Shown: positions 36,546 to 47,930 of the stretch, in pieces
Layout of the letters: the number at the start of each line of letters is the position of its first letter
Numbering within the stretch: position 1 is the stretch's first letter
NCBI RefSeq assembly: GCF_963921235.1
Contig: NC_086097.1
Span: 84,818,001 to 84,882,000 of the forward strand
DNA from: Mobula hypostoma
Taxonomy: Eukaryota
Reading direction: 5' to 3'
Length of the DNA: 64,000 nucleotides
Translations under genes and position numbers: made by a program
Notes under the pieces: model-generated
What the model saw: the letters and a program-made list of their open reading frames with translations, nothing else
What the model was told of the DNA's origin: nothing
Databases searched by the model: none

Positions 36546-36689
36546 GGTTTATAATTCTAGATTTACTTAATTTGTTGTATTCAAGGGGGGCTAATTACTA
36601 GAAGTTGGGATTCAATCACACTTCGCCCACTCAATAATTTAGATCTCTGCATAACGATCCAGTAACTGATCAAGAGCCCATAGGTTCTG

Positions 36690-37200
36690 TAGTCTGATGC
36701 AAAAGAAAAACTTCTGGAAGAATGCAGTAGGTTAGGCAGCATCTGTGGGGAAGGAATTGTCGATGCTTTGGGTCAAGATCTACGGACTAAGACAGGAGAG
36801 GGAAGATAGCCTTGCACTCTCCTCTTTATACCAGCTATCTTAGAATTGGAATTGGAATTGGTTTATTATTGTCACAGGTACCTAGACACAGTAAAACATT
36901 TGTTTTGCATATTGGTCATACAGATCAAACCATTACACAGCACATTGAGATGGAACAAAGTAAAACAATAACAAAATTGCAGAATAAAGTGTAACAGCTA
37001 CAGAGAAAGTGATCTGATGAACAATAAGCTGCAAGATCTAACAAGCTATATTGTGAGGTCAGGAGTCCATCTTATATTAGGGAACCATTCAATAGTACTC
37101 TTAATACCATGGTAAAAGCTGTGTTTGAGCCTTGTGGTAGGTATTTTGTATTTTCTAGTAGAGGGGAGAAAAGAGAATATCCGAGTGGGTGGGGGTCTTC
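36690..37200 (-). mobile_element. Penelope terminus plus Rex1-type 3' tail fragments
   Basis: Penelope terminus at 36700-36840. The (AATTGG)n-ended tail at 36845-37200 resembles the copies at 55500-55910 and 58210-58420. Confidence 0.6.
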
Positions 37201-37679
37201 AACTCCATTCTCAGTCCTGGTGCAGGGTCTCAACCTGAAATGTCTATACTTCTTCTCCCTCAGTAAACGTTGGCCTCCAGAGATTGCTCCAGTAACCGAT
37301 CGGTTCTGATCCTGCTCCTGCATTACACTGGGCCTACAGCAGCTCACCTCCTGCTCATCACTCCACAATTTAAAGTGAAGAGTTGCAGGAAGATTTAATT
37401 TTTAAAATCTAATTTTAGTTGTTCAGGCCAATTGGAATTGACCTGAAATTCTTCCTCTGCTTCTTTCTTCACAGATTCCACTGACCTATTTGATATAAAA
37501 TCATGCATGCAGAACCGAAGTAAACTTTGCCCCACCAAATGCACTTTCGCTGTCAAACACCCACTGACACTAATCCCATTCTATTTTCCCCAAGTTCCCA
37601 TCAATTCCTGTTAGATTCTGCCACACATCTAAATACTGAGAGCAATTTACAGTGGCCATTTAAGAAACTAATCTGCACA

Positions 37680-38590
37680 AACACCAGAAAATCTGCAGAT
37701 GCTGGAAATCTGAAGTAACACACACAAAATGCTGGAGGAACACAGCAGATCAGGCAGCATCTATGGAAAAGAGTAAACAGTTGACATTTCAGTTTGAGAC
37801 ACTTCATCAGGACTGGAAAGGAAGGGAAGAAGCGGGGAAGGGAGGAAGTACAAGGTGGCAGGTGGTAGGTGGGAGATGGGGAGGAGGTGAAGTAAAGAGC
37901 TGTGAAGTTGATTGGTGAAAGAGATAAAGGGCTGTTGGAGGGGGAATCTGACAGGAGAGGACAGAAGTCCATGGAATAAAGGGAGGGGGAGGAGCAGCAG
38001 AGGGAGGTGACGGGCAGGTAAGGAGATAAGTTGAGAGAGGGAAACAGGAGTTGGGAATGGTGAAGGGGGGCTAATTACTGGCGGTTTGAGAAATCAAGGT
38101 TCATGCCATCAGGTTGGAGACTACCCAGACAGAATATATGGTGCTGCTTCTCCAACCCGTGAGTGGCCTCATAGCAGCAGTGGAGGAAGCCATGAACTGA
38201 CGTGTTCGGGTGGGAATGGGAAATGGAATTGAAATGGGTGGCCACTGGGAGATCCTGCTTTTTCTGGTGGATGGAGCATAGGTGCTCTCTGAAGTAGTCC
38301 CCCTATGTACATCAGGTTTCACTGATAGACAGGAAGCCATGCTGGGAGCACCGGATACAGTAGATGACCCTAACAGACTCGCAGGTGAAGTGTCGCCTCA
38401 TCTGAAAGGATTGGTGGAGCCCTGCATGGTAGTGATGGAGGAAGTGCAGGTGCAAGTTTGGCACTTGTTCTGCCTGCAAGGATTAGTGCCAGGGGAGAGA
38501 TCAGTGGAGAGGGACGAGTGCGCAAGAGAGTTGCGTAGAGAGCAATCCCTGTGGAAAGCAGGAAGTGGAGGGGAGGGAAAGATGTGCTGT
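37680..38590 (-). mobile_element. Penelope-like element 3' fragment with GIY-YIG endonuclease remnant
   Basis: Minus frames give GTNPCRQNKCQTC (Cys linker), YCIRCSQ, FREHL.SI, PVATHFNS and IFCLGSLQPDGMNLDFS, followed by the pseudo-LTR terminus. Confidence 0.9.
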
Positions 38591-39349
38591 GCACCTTTGG
38601 GGTATGGGAAGAAACTGGATGCCACGTGAAGAAACTTGGTGGCAGCTCATGTCGTCATATGGAAAGCCTGCAAACTCCACACAGACAGCATCCAAGGCCA
38701 GGATAGGGCTCAGATTGCTGAAGCTGGGCCACAATGCAGCCTGCAGAATGTTCCCAGAATTTTCTTTTCAATGTAGCTGTCCAGTTTTACGTAGAGAAAA
38801 TTCATATCCCCCCGCCTAAAGGAACTTGTTGGATTCAAATTCAGAAATTTGGCCATTTGGTTTGCTAGGGCAGTCCAAATGAGCATTAACACTGTCCGCA
38901 CTTGTTGCTTGGGATGGAAACACAGGCAGTAATCTACAGTTTACTGAAAGCTGCACAACTCACATTGGTGCATGCCCACAACCACGCACGATCAGAGCTG
39001 TGTTCACTCACAGCCACCTACACACCTTTAGGCCCTGAGTCAGGTACCCTGTGGTAAGAGTAAAGTTTGCTCATTTCCTCTATTTCTGCACAAGCAAGGT
39101 CAAGCAAAGATGTATTCCCTGAGAGGACGATGATCTGCATGATTTCCCCGATCATGCCTGGAGCCCACTTGATGTGTTGACCCACATGGTTCAGCAAATG
39201 AGGCACTCTATGCAGCAGGGGAATGAAGATTCCACTCCACGTGTTTATTTGCTCTCAGCAGGCTCTCTGCTGTCATGAGGCTTCTTTGGAGTTCTACGAA
39301 ACGCCATTATGACAAACTCCTGTGCAAGGCACTAGCCCCACACATTTAA

Positions 39350-39842
39350 ACGGAGAGGGTCCAAAGGAGGTTCATGAGAATAATCCCAAGAATGAAAGGT
39401 TAATGTATGAAGAGCGTTTGGTGGTTCTGGTCCTGTACTCACTGGAGTTTAAAAGAATGAGCGAGAATCTCATTGAAACCTATCAAATACGGAAAGGCCT
39501 AGATAAAGTGGATGTGGAGAGGATGTTTCTTATTGTGGGAAGGTCTAGGACCAGAGGGCCAGCCTCAGAATAGAAGGATGTTCCTTTAAAACAAAATTTC
39601 TTTGGCCAGACAAAGGTGAATCTTCGGAATTCATTGCCACAGACAGCTGTGGAGGCCAAGTCATTGGGTACATTTAAAGCAGTGGTTGATAGATTCTTGA
39701 TCAGTAGGGGTGTCAAAGGCTATGGGGAGAAGGTAACAAAATGGGTTTGAGAGGGATAATAAATCAGTCATGATTGAAAGGCAGAGGAGAGTAGATGGGC
39801 TGAATGGCCCAATTAACTCCTAAGTCTTCTGGTCTTATGGAT
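39350..39842 (+). mobile_element. CR1 LINE 3' fragment
   Basis: LMYEERL...LYSLEFKRMSENLIETYQIRKGLDKVDVERMF plus a CR1 3' UTR. Confidence 0.9.
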
Positions 39843-41737
39843 ACTATGATTTGTTGGAATGTATTTTTAGGCTTTTGTAAAACTTTTTATTGGAATGAAG
39901 ACCTGCATTTAATTTGTATCTTGCAATGCCTGGGGATATCCCAAAGCACACTACAGTCAGTGAAGTCATTTAAACATGTAATTCCTGTGGTAATGTGAAA
40001 ATGTGGCAGCTAATTTTCACACTTTACGCAGAATGAGACAAGTTTGCTAAAAGCTTTAACTGCAGTAGTAACAGCATCTGCTGTTTTGTCGGCACACCTT
40101 ACCAGCCTATTTGCTGGATAGTCATTGCCTCTTTTTAAAGCCATGCTTTCTAGAGCTATTATCCGTCTGCCTTTACAACAGGGAGCCTGGGGATTTCCGA
40201 AGAAGCAGCCTGGGTACATCATATTGACCTATTTTTCCAAGTAAATGTTTTGTTTGAAAATGCTTTGTGAACTTTAGATGAGGAAGAAGCAACTGTCATT
40301 GACTCTGAAGTGTGCACCTTCTCCCTGGGATGGGAGGAGTTGCTGGAAATGTGGGAAGAACAAGTTACAGGGGCAAGTAGTAGGGGAATGAGATTGTTGT
40401 GTGAGCCAGTATTGACTGACTGCACACTGTCCCCCAATCCCAACCTTTCCACCAAGTCTGGATAAAGCCAGGATCTGCAATAATTCAGGGACAGAGGCAA
40501 CTGCAGGGCTTCCTTGAGGTTCCCAAAGGTGTTCCCTTGCTCAGCGTTCTGCTTGGAGGAACCTCCTGGAACTCTGTTGTTGGACAGCTGATGACAAGTA
40601 GGTGAAGCCTGGGATTAAAAAGGCTTTGGGTAAATTGCTCCTTGTCTCACTAATTTCTGGGGTTGCTATTTAATGCACACTCTGTTGAGCCAACCATGTT
40701 TCTACCCTGACGTGGTATTTCCAGACAGCTGAATGTGTAATGACCACGTTTGCAGAGCAAATGCACAAATGCTTTGAGAATGAAGTCTCGATAACAACGT
40801 TTAATTATCAGTGGGAGAACAAATCCACACCTTGCATAGAGGGATCCCTTTTGCTTGTTCCAGTAGTCTGTGACATGCTGCGATAATCTTCATGTATGTC
40901 TGAATTTTATGCTCGTTAAGAAATAATTGGTGCTTTTTGTCATACCTCTGGGACCCAGTGTCAGCTCTGTGGGTGGTGGTGTGGTACAGATTAGTACTGC
41001 GCCCCATCAAATCACCACGGCCCTAATCCCCAAAAGACTGCTCCCTGCTGTTAACTTGGCATCTACAGCATCCACCTGGCCATTCTGGTGCATTGCTGAG
41101 ACTGCAGACTCAAGACAATGACTTAAAGTTTACCAGCTGGTGGACTATAAAGCAAAAACTATATTTGGAAAGCAGAAGGATTTTCACTACAAAAAATAGA
41201 CCATTGCTTTTGTGGATCTCAGGTTTTATTTTAGAAAATAAATTGATCAAAATGGTGAAGTGTGGCAGCAAACATTTAGTTGATGCTTTGAGTTTCTATT
41301 TTCTGGGCATCTGTCATTTTATTTGTTGTGATTTGCTTTTGCTGTCAGTTTCTAAGCAGTTTCAGAAATGATACTCTCATCTGCTGACATATCCTCAACG
41401 ACCACGATAAGGATTCCTAATTAAAATATCATTTCTATAGCTGATACCTTTCAGCATTCCTAACATGCTCCATGTGGGTAGATGTTATCCTGTCTGGCCT
41501 GTGGATTATCACCCTATCTCTGAGCAACATGAAGAATCGACACGTTTGAACCTTGCTCTGTCACTGAAGTGACACAATTCAGACACTCATGTGAAAGGTC
41601 TTTGAGGTATGGATTTTCATTAAAGCAAATGTCTAGTTCCATAGGATGGCAGTTCTCCACATTAGTTTGGGTCTCAGGAATGAAAGCATAAGTCCAAATC
41701 CCATTCATCAGTTCTGCTTGGTGGTTTGTCTGTAATG

Positions 41738-42310
41738 CAGACATCCCACCCTGCAAAAACTCATTTCAGGGAGGTAGCACCATCAATTTGCGGGAGGCTT
41801 CCAGGAGATGTGGGATGTCTGCAATCGAGTAGCTCCTGAGCAGCTAGCCAGCTAGTTTAAATAACGTTAGCTATGCTAATGAACGAATGACACCTGTTAA
41901 ACTCACCTCAACATGTCTTTAACAGTCTTAACCCACCATGGACAATAGAAAAGTCACTTGCAAACAGTGCAGTGAGCAACACTGTCATTATTTTTGACCC
42001 CTATTAGGCAGGGGTACACATTAGCGTAGTCTGGGGTGATATATGTTTTATATTTTCTTTTTTTTTTGGAACACTCTGCTATGGCACGCTCTCTCTCTCT
42101 CTCTCTCTCTCTCTCATGGTCGCTCACGCGCTCACGCGCTCTCGCGCTCTCTCGCTCTCTCACTTGCTTGCTCTCGCGCTCTCTCTTGCTTTCTCTCGCT
42201 CGCTCGCAAAAAATTGATTTCCATGATATTGTATATAATTTGCGGGCATCAGGGAGCCACTATCAATATGCGGGAGACTCCTGGAACTTCCGGGAGAGGT
42301 GGGATGTCTG
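41738..42310 (-). mobile_element. hAT-type MITE with transposase N-terminal zinc-finger remnant
   Basis: TIRs CAGACATCCCACC / GGTGGGATGTCTG. Minus frames give SKKKRKYKTY...YPCL..VKNNDSVAHCTVC.SDFSIVHGG....RHVE ending at a GTGAGT donor (41906). No clear TSD. Confidence 0.7.
42089..42207. repeat. (CT)n / (CTCG)n simple repeat
   Basis: Direct reading of the sequence. Confidence 0.9.
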
Positions 42311-42567
42311 TGAACCTGAGTGTGGTTAGACTTGAGCAAGTTCAGTCGCTTCATTCTTTTCAATGGACAAGATCAATCATGAGGAAGAGGGATTGAATTA
42401 ATTATACTGGTCTAATGATATTTAATTGTTTTAAGAGAATTTGGATCACTGGCTCCTCGGCCTAGCATATACGTAGACAATTATATGAACCTAAGGTTCC
42501 TGTTGCACTGAGCAAGGTTACTGTTGTAACAACACCTCATCAGAAGGGTAAAACTAACTGACTTACC

Positions 42568-42870
42568 GGGTGACTCAGTTAGTAGAGCCGCTGCCTCACA
42601 ACTCCAGAGAGCTGGATTCAGTTCCGACCTTCGGCATGTTCTGAGTGGAGTCTGCATGTTTGCCAAATGGCTTTCCTCCCAAGTCCCAAAGTCATGGCGG
42701 TTGATAGGTTAATTGGCAGCTGTAAATTTTGGGTAGACTCTGGAAGAGTTGATGAAAATGTGAGGAGAAATTAGAAAAGGGACTAATTTGAGATTAATAT
42801 ATGTGGGTAGTTGATGATCAGTATCAACTTTGTGGGATCAAGGTCTTGTTTCTGTGCTGTTTCTTTCTGT
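42568..42870 (+). mobile_element. tRNA-derived SINE (V-SINE/HE1-like)
   Basis: A-box-like GTGACTCAGTTAG and B-box-like head, central GGAGTCTGCATGTT, and a CR1-like tail ending GTTTCTGTGCTGT. Confidence 0.65.
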
Positions 42871-42957
42871 GACTGGATGACTTTTTTAAAAGCTGTTATA
42901 TACAGTGTGGTTGTTTCTTATTAGATCACCATAAATCAACAAGCTTTTAGTTAGCAT

Positions 42958-43092
42958 TCCTGAAGAAGGGTCTTGGCCCGAAACGTCAACTGTTTATTCA
43001 TTTCTGCAGGCGCTGCCTGACCTGCTGAGTTCCTCCATCGCATTTTGTGTGCAATGCTTTGGATTTTCCAGCATCTGCAGAATTTCTTGTGT
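42958..43092 (+). mobile_element. Penelope terminus with hammerhead core
   Basis: CTGAAGA-A-GGGTCTTGGCCC-GAAACGTC followed by the family terminus. Confidence 0.75.
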
Positions 43093-43934
43093 TTGTTTAG
43101 CATTAATGGCTAGTTCATCCTGGGAATTCGGATTAATGGCCATCAACACCTATCAGTGGGGCTTGCTATCAATGACTGTTCATTCTGCTCAGGCTGGGAC
43201 TGGCTTTGTGGAGCTAGGATCTGCTGAAACAGCCACTGCAGGTGAGTGTGTGCTGAGTGAGTACCAGCAAATGTATGAGGCCTGGTATTCCCAGGAGATT
43301 TGGGGCTATTATTGTTGTTGGGTATATTGCTATTATTTATTAAATAATCAAGATATTAGCACATTGAGATTACCACCACTAACATAAATGTTAACTAAAA
43401 TCACCATTGTTCTATTAAATGGAAAAAGGTGACAAAACATCATGCTTGGTGACTCACTGCTTATGAAGGTCTGAGTAAGTTATGGTCCTACGGACTATTC
43501 ATATTTTACCTTCTCTTTCCCTGCTCTGCACCTTCTTTCAGTTTTGCATCCCAGAACTGCCTGTGTCCTAACATGCACCAAATTCTGTCAATTCAACACC
43601 CCTGCAATCACTGAATACATTGGCTTCAGAACCCTGCATCGTTGTCACATTATCATAACTTTACACGGCTTTGCTCTCTCCACATAGCTATGCCTTCCCC
43701 TAACTCTTCTACTCTGAGGACACAGGCTTCATCTAACCCGGGTGCATCTTTGGAATTCCTCATCCTACTATTAAAAATAGTTTTCTCCCTAAACCATTCC
43801 AACACCTTAAAGTATTCCCTAAGCCCGCCTCCTTTCTCAAGCTTTTGATCTGTTGAACTAGCATTCTTTTCTTGGCATGGTATTAATTTGGATTGTGCTC
43901 ACTGCAGTGGTTTACTACATTTATTTACTTAGTG

Positions 43935-44440
43935 ATACGGTGCAGAGTAGGCCTTTCCTGCTCTTCAAGCTGCGCTGCCCTGGCAACCCTCGAAAACCCC
44001 GATTTGTTATTGTTCCTTTTTGCGCCTTGTTGCACATCAGGCAGTATTTTGCTGTTTCCGTACCATTTGACTGTTTTTTTTTTAGCGAGGCCGAGTTGCT
44101 AGCTTGATGCTCAACTGGGCATGGATGGAAAGCGTGCAAGTTGCCAGCTGGATTCGAACTCAGGACCATTCGCCTCGAAGTCCGGTGCTGATGCCAGTAC
44201 GCCACCGGCTGGCTTAACCGGGATTTAACCCTAACTTAATCACAGGACAACTTACAGTAACCAATTAACCTACCCAGTAGGTCTTTGGACTTTGGGAAGA
44301 AACTGTAGGGCTCAGAGAAAATCCATGCATTCCCAGGGGAGGATATACAGAGACTCCTTACAGGGGATTCTGGGTTTGAACTCTGAACCCAGGCATCCCG
44401 AGCTGCAATAGCATCATACTAACTACTATACTACCATGGC
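43935..44440 (-). mobile_element. tRNA-derived SINE with a second SINE nested at ~44006-44213
   Basis: The outer SINE is of the 22320 family. The inner SINE has A box TGGCGTACTGG and B box GAGTTCGAATC on the minus strand; a related head occurs at 56190-56272. Confidence 0.7.
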
Positions 44441-45954
44441 GCCTATGTTTTGTATGTGCAAGGTGCACACTGTAAATGTAGATTATTTCTGGTGGTTCAT
44501 CTTCTCCAACATTAAGAATTTTATTAATGTAAAAACAGAAAGTATTGGAAAAACTCCGCAGGTTAGTCAGTGTCTGGAGGAAGAGGATCAAATGAAACAT
44601 TTCTGGTTGGAGACTGTTGTTGGAAATCTAAAGTAAAAATAGAACATGGTCTGACCTGTTTAGTTAGTCCAGCATTTTCTGTTTTTATTTTAGATTTCCA
44701 GCCCTTTTTAATCTTCATTTGCTTGTTGTATTATTTTAATCGTTCGCTCATCAGCTGGGATGAAAGAAAGAATGAATGATACTTATTTTGAAAGTACTCA
44801 TTCTAATAAGGTGTTTTCTCACCTCGGCTGCATCTAATAATGAGTGCAAGAATAACAACCCTGAACCAGTAGAGGGAAGAATGCCAAGCTTAGATAAGGC
44901 CGAGATTTGAACTCAGATAAGTTTTGTACTGAGTTGCTTGCATCAACATGGCAAATTTTCAGTCCCCTCAGGCTGGGGGAATGAAGGACCTTTGCTGCTG
45001 TTTCCATGACAACATTTCCTTGTCGAAGGATCACAGTTACCACAATTATCAGTATCTGCTATTATCCATGTGGGGATAAATACAAATGCTCCTATTTACT
45101 CTGATGTCAAAATACGCTTGGAATGTTTAAACAACTTGGTATAATTCTGTCAACTTTGCTACCCCCATTGGAATTTTCACATTTAGGTTGTAATCTGATA
45201 GTTTTGAAGAATTATGTGCAACATGTTCAAAAGATCTAGCATGGTGATTTCTTGCTGCTGTTAAAATTGGTACATTGCAACGGGTTGGTTTATGTCCTAG
45301 TTATTGGACTTTGTGCTAATTCCAATTATAATGCCCAATTTTTTAAAGTTTGACCCAAAGTGCCTGTGTCTGCTCTTTGTCGGACGTTTCTAATTAGTCC
45401 TACACTCCTTCTCTTTCTCATGAATTGGAGTTATATTTTCTAACAGTCTCGATATTGCAACTTTCACCAAGGATTCTAGCATTTTCTCAACAACCTTGAT
45501 CAAGTGAATGGGTTAGTAGTTCCCTCTCACTCCTTTCTTAAAGAGTATGGTCACATTTGCTACCCTCTAATCTGCAGGAACTCTTTAAAAGTTTGGAGAC
45601 CTAGAAAGGGTTTTCCAATCCATCAGCTCTTCTTATCAACCCGCTGCCAGCAGAAACAGATGGCACCATTTTCTACATCAAGTGACATCAAAATTTGAAT
45701 CATAATTTTTCAATTAAGCTCTTCTTCTCTAAGAAATACAACTGACCATCTTTGTCTGCCTACAAAACTGAAGTCTCTCTTGCCTTGTTTCATTTATGTA
45801 AATCTCCCTTTACATGCTTCCTAAGAGGTGGTCTTATTTTATATGAGAGTATTAATAGTTATACCTGTACAGAAGCTTGGGAACTTTACTGATACCGTTG
45901 TGCGGGGTGCAGGGACAGAAGAGGAGTGAGGTCGTGAGAAATTGGAATTAAAAG

Positions 45955-46125
45955 TAAAATTGCTGGAAGTGCTCAGCAGGCCAGGCAGTGTCTGTTGAAA
46001 GAGAGTCAGGGTTATTGCTTCAGATCACAGATCTGAACCTGAATCATGAACTCGGTTTCTCTTTCCGCAGACCTGCTGAACTTTTCCAGCATTAGTTATA
46101 TTTCAGATTTCCAGCATCTGCAGAC
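45955..46125. mobile_element. Short palindromic Penelope-terminus pair
   Basis: TGCTGGAAGTGCTCAGCAGG... is inverted against ...CCTGCTGAACTTTTCCAGCA. Confidence 0.6.
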
Positions 46126-46210
46126 CTTATTTTTGTGACGAAAGATTTAATAGAAGTAAAACTGGCCCTCTGAGTTAGGCTGTCAAAAGATTAAATGAAT
46201 GGAAGAAAGT

Positions 46211-46690
46211 TGTTGCCATGTTAGGGTTGTGGCAGTGTGACCTCTGACTGACTCGAATTCTACCTAGAGTTGTCAACTAGGGGTTGGTTTACTTGTCGGT
46301 CGAAAGCCACTTCTACTGTGCTGGTCACCAATTGGCCTGTTTGAAGTCTGTAGCAGCTCTGTCCCATTGGTTGTGTTGTGTGCCATGGCACCAATATCTG
46401 GTTTCAGGCACTTCAGGGGTATAAGAATAGCACTTGCAGGACGCGTGGCCTCTCTTTCCCTTTGTCTCCAGGGGCTCCTCTTCAGTGATCAGTGCTGAAG
46501 AACCACTGGGAAAATATGCTCCAGACGTGCACTCTTATGTATCTGTTTGTTGAATATTTAGCTTTGTAGTTTGTGTAACTCGTATTTGGTAAAATCTTTC
46601 ACTATTTGTAAATAAATGAGTAATATGCTTATTTGTAATTGGTGTCTTCTGCCTCACTCACCAAACCCGTGAACCTGCTTCTACATTACA
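46211..46690 (+). mobile_element. Solo LTR related to the ERV LTR at 936-1453
   Basis: TG...TTACA ends with flanks AAAGT/AAAGG (4/5 TSD); TATAAG at 46420 and AATAAA at 46611. 46281-46430 aligns without gaps to the reverse complement of 1293-1442 (105/150 identical). The left end could alternatively be 46219. Confidence 0.85.
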
Positions 46691-47657
46691 AAAGGGTTAA
46701 CAAAATATAGGGGTGACATTTTGTGATGGAAAAGAAATTACATTAGAATTTGTTTTGTATAAAAAAGAGGCATTGTTTAAAAAATAGATGTTAAATGACA
46801 AGCTGAAAGAGTAGTATTTTGCTGATGACCAACTTGTCATGTTGTGGACCCGCATTGTAAGCAAGACTATGCATTCATTGATACACTAGTCTCTCTGGAT
46901 TATGATACAATTTTGGTCTTTTCAGTAATGTGACTTCAGCATACCTTTTATTTGGTATGAAAAAAGCAAACCAGAAATGCCGAGATGTCTCCTGGACAAA
47001 TTCAGTTTTGTGCTATCCAACATCACCTGAAGTTTGGAAGTAAGAGTTACTAGATGAATGGCCTGCTTTAAATTGGGAATATAGCTCTCCTGAGTAACAG
47101 TCGTCTGCTTCCTGCAACTAGTGAGTAATTCCTGATCTTAGCAAATAAGATAAAAGATTTGTAGATAGAATGCCTTCAAAATCTGATTGTGTGCTGCAGC
47201 GCAGTAGTATAGGAAGATTGAATACATAATTAAGTAAAAACTATTGCATTTTCAGTTTGATGCTTTGCCATCTGGTTAGTCTTTTGCTCATTGCTACCAT
47301 TTGTTACTATCAACTTACAGAAACGGCTATCGTTCAACTAACAGGAATATTAGTAGAGTGCAGATATTATCTCTGAAGTGCTTGACTTAATGATCTCTCT
47401 AGAAAATATTTCACGTCACACCACGACAGCTGGAGAACTTAACTTAATCTAACTGAAATAAAAAAAAACACTGGTATCAGTTACGTTGGGCACAGAACTA
47501 TTGGACGGTGACTTCTTGTCTGGTCAATATGTGACTGGTCACTATGTGAATGCAGGTCCATAGCAATTAGGGTGACTGAAGGATTGAGAACCACAGAACT
47601 TTTCTATGTTCACAAGCCTGGCCCAAGAGCTGGGAAAATGAGTTAATCTAAACATGA

Positions 47658-47930
47658 GCAACACACACAAAATGCTGGATGAACTCAACAGGTCAGGCTG
47701 CATCTATGCAATTGAATAAACAGTCAACGTTTCAGGTCAAGACCTTTCTTCAGGACGACTGAATTCCTCCAGGAGTTTGTTTTTTACTCCATATTCTGCA
47801 TTTGCCGCCTCCTGTGTCTCCATTTGCCTATCTAAGCGAGTCCTGAGAAGGGTCTGCATCTGAAGCATTGGCTGTTTATTCATTTCCATAGATGCTGCCT
47901 GACCTGCTGAGTTCCTCTGGCATTTTGTAG
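47658..47930. mobile_element. Penelope terminal fragments in both orientations
   Basis: A minus copy at 47658-47760 has core GTC-CTGAAGA-AAGGTCTTGACCT-GAAA-CGTT-GAC; a plus copy lies at 47840-47930. Confidence 0.7.

Noticed and set aside
39090..39290. Exon-like text (RTMICMISP; EDDDLHDFPDHAWSPLD)
   Set aside because: Frames are short on both strands, splice sites are unconvincing and no family is recognised; the kinesin-like look is only a few residues.
41954..42396. RE-rich and SL-rich ORFs
   Set aside because: Produced by the (CT)n/(CTCG)n repeat inside a MITE.
44140..44213. tRNA gene
   Set aside because: tRNA-like head continuous with a SINE body, with a diverged copy at ~56200; no convincing acceptor stem.
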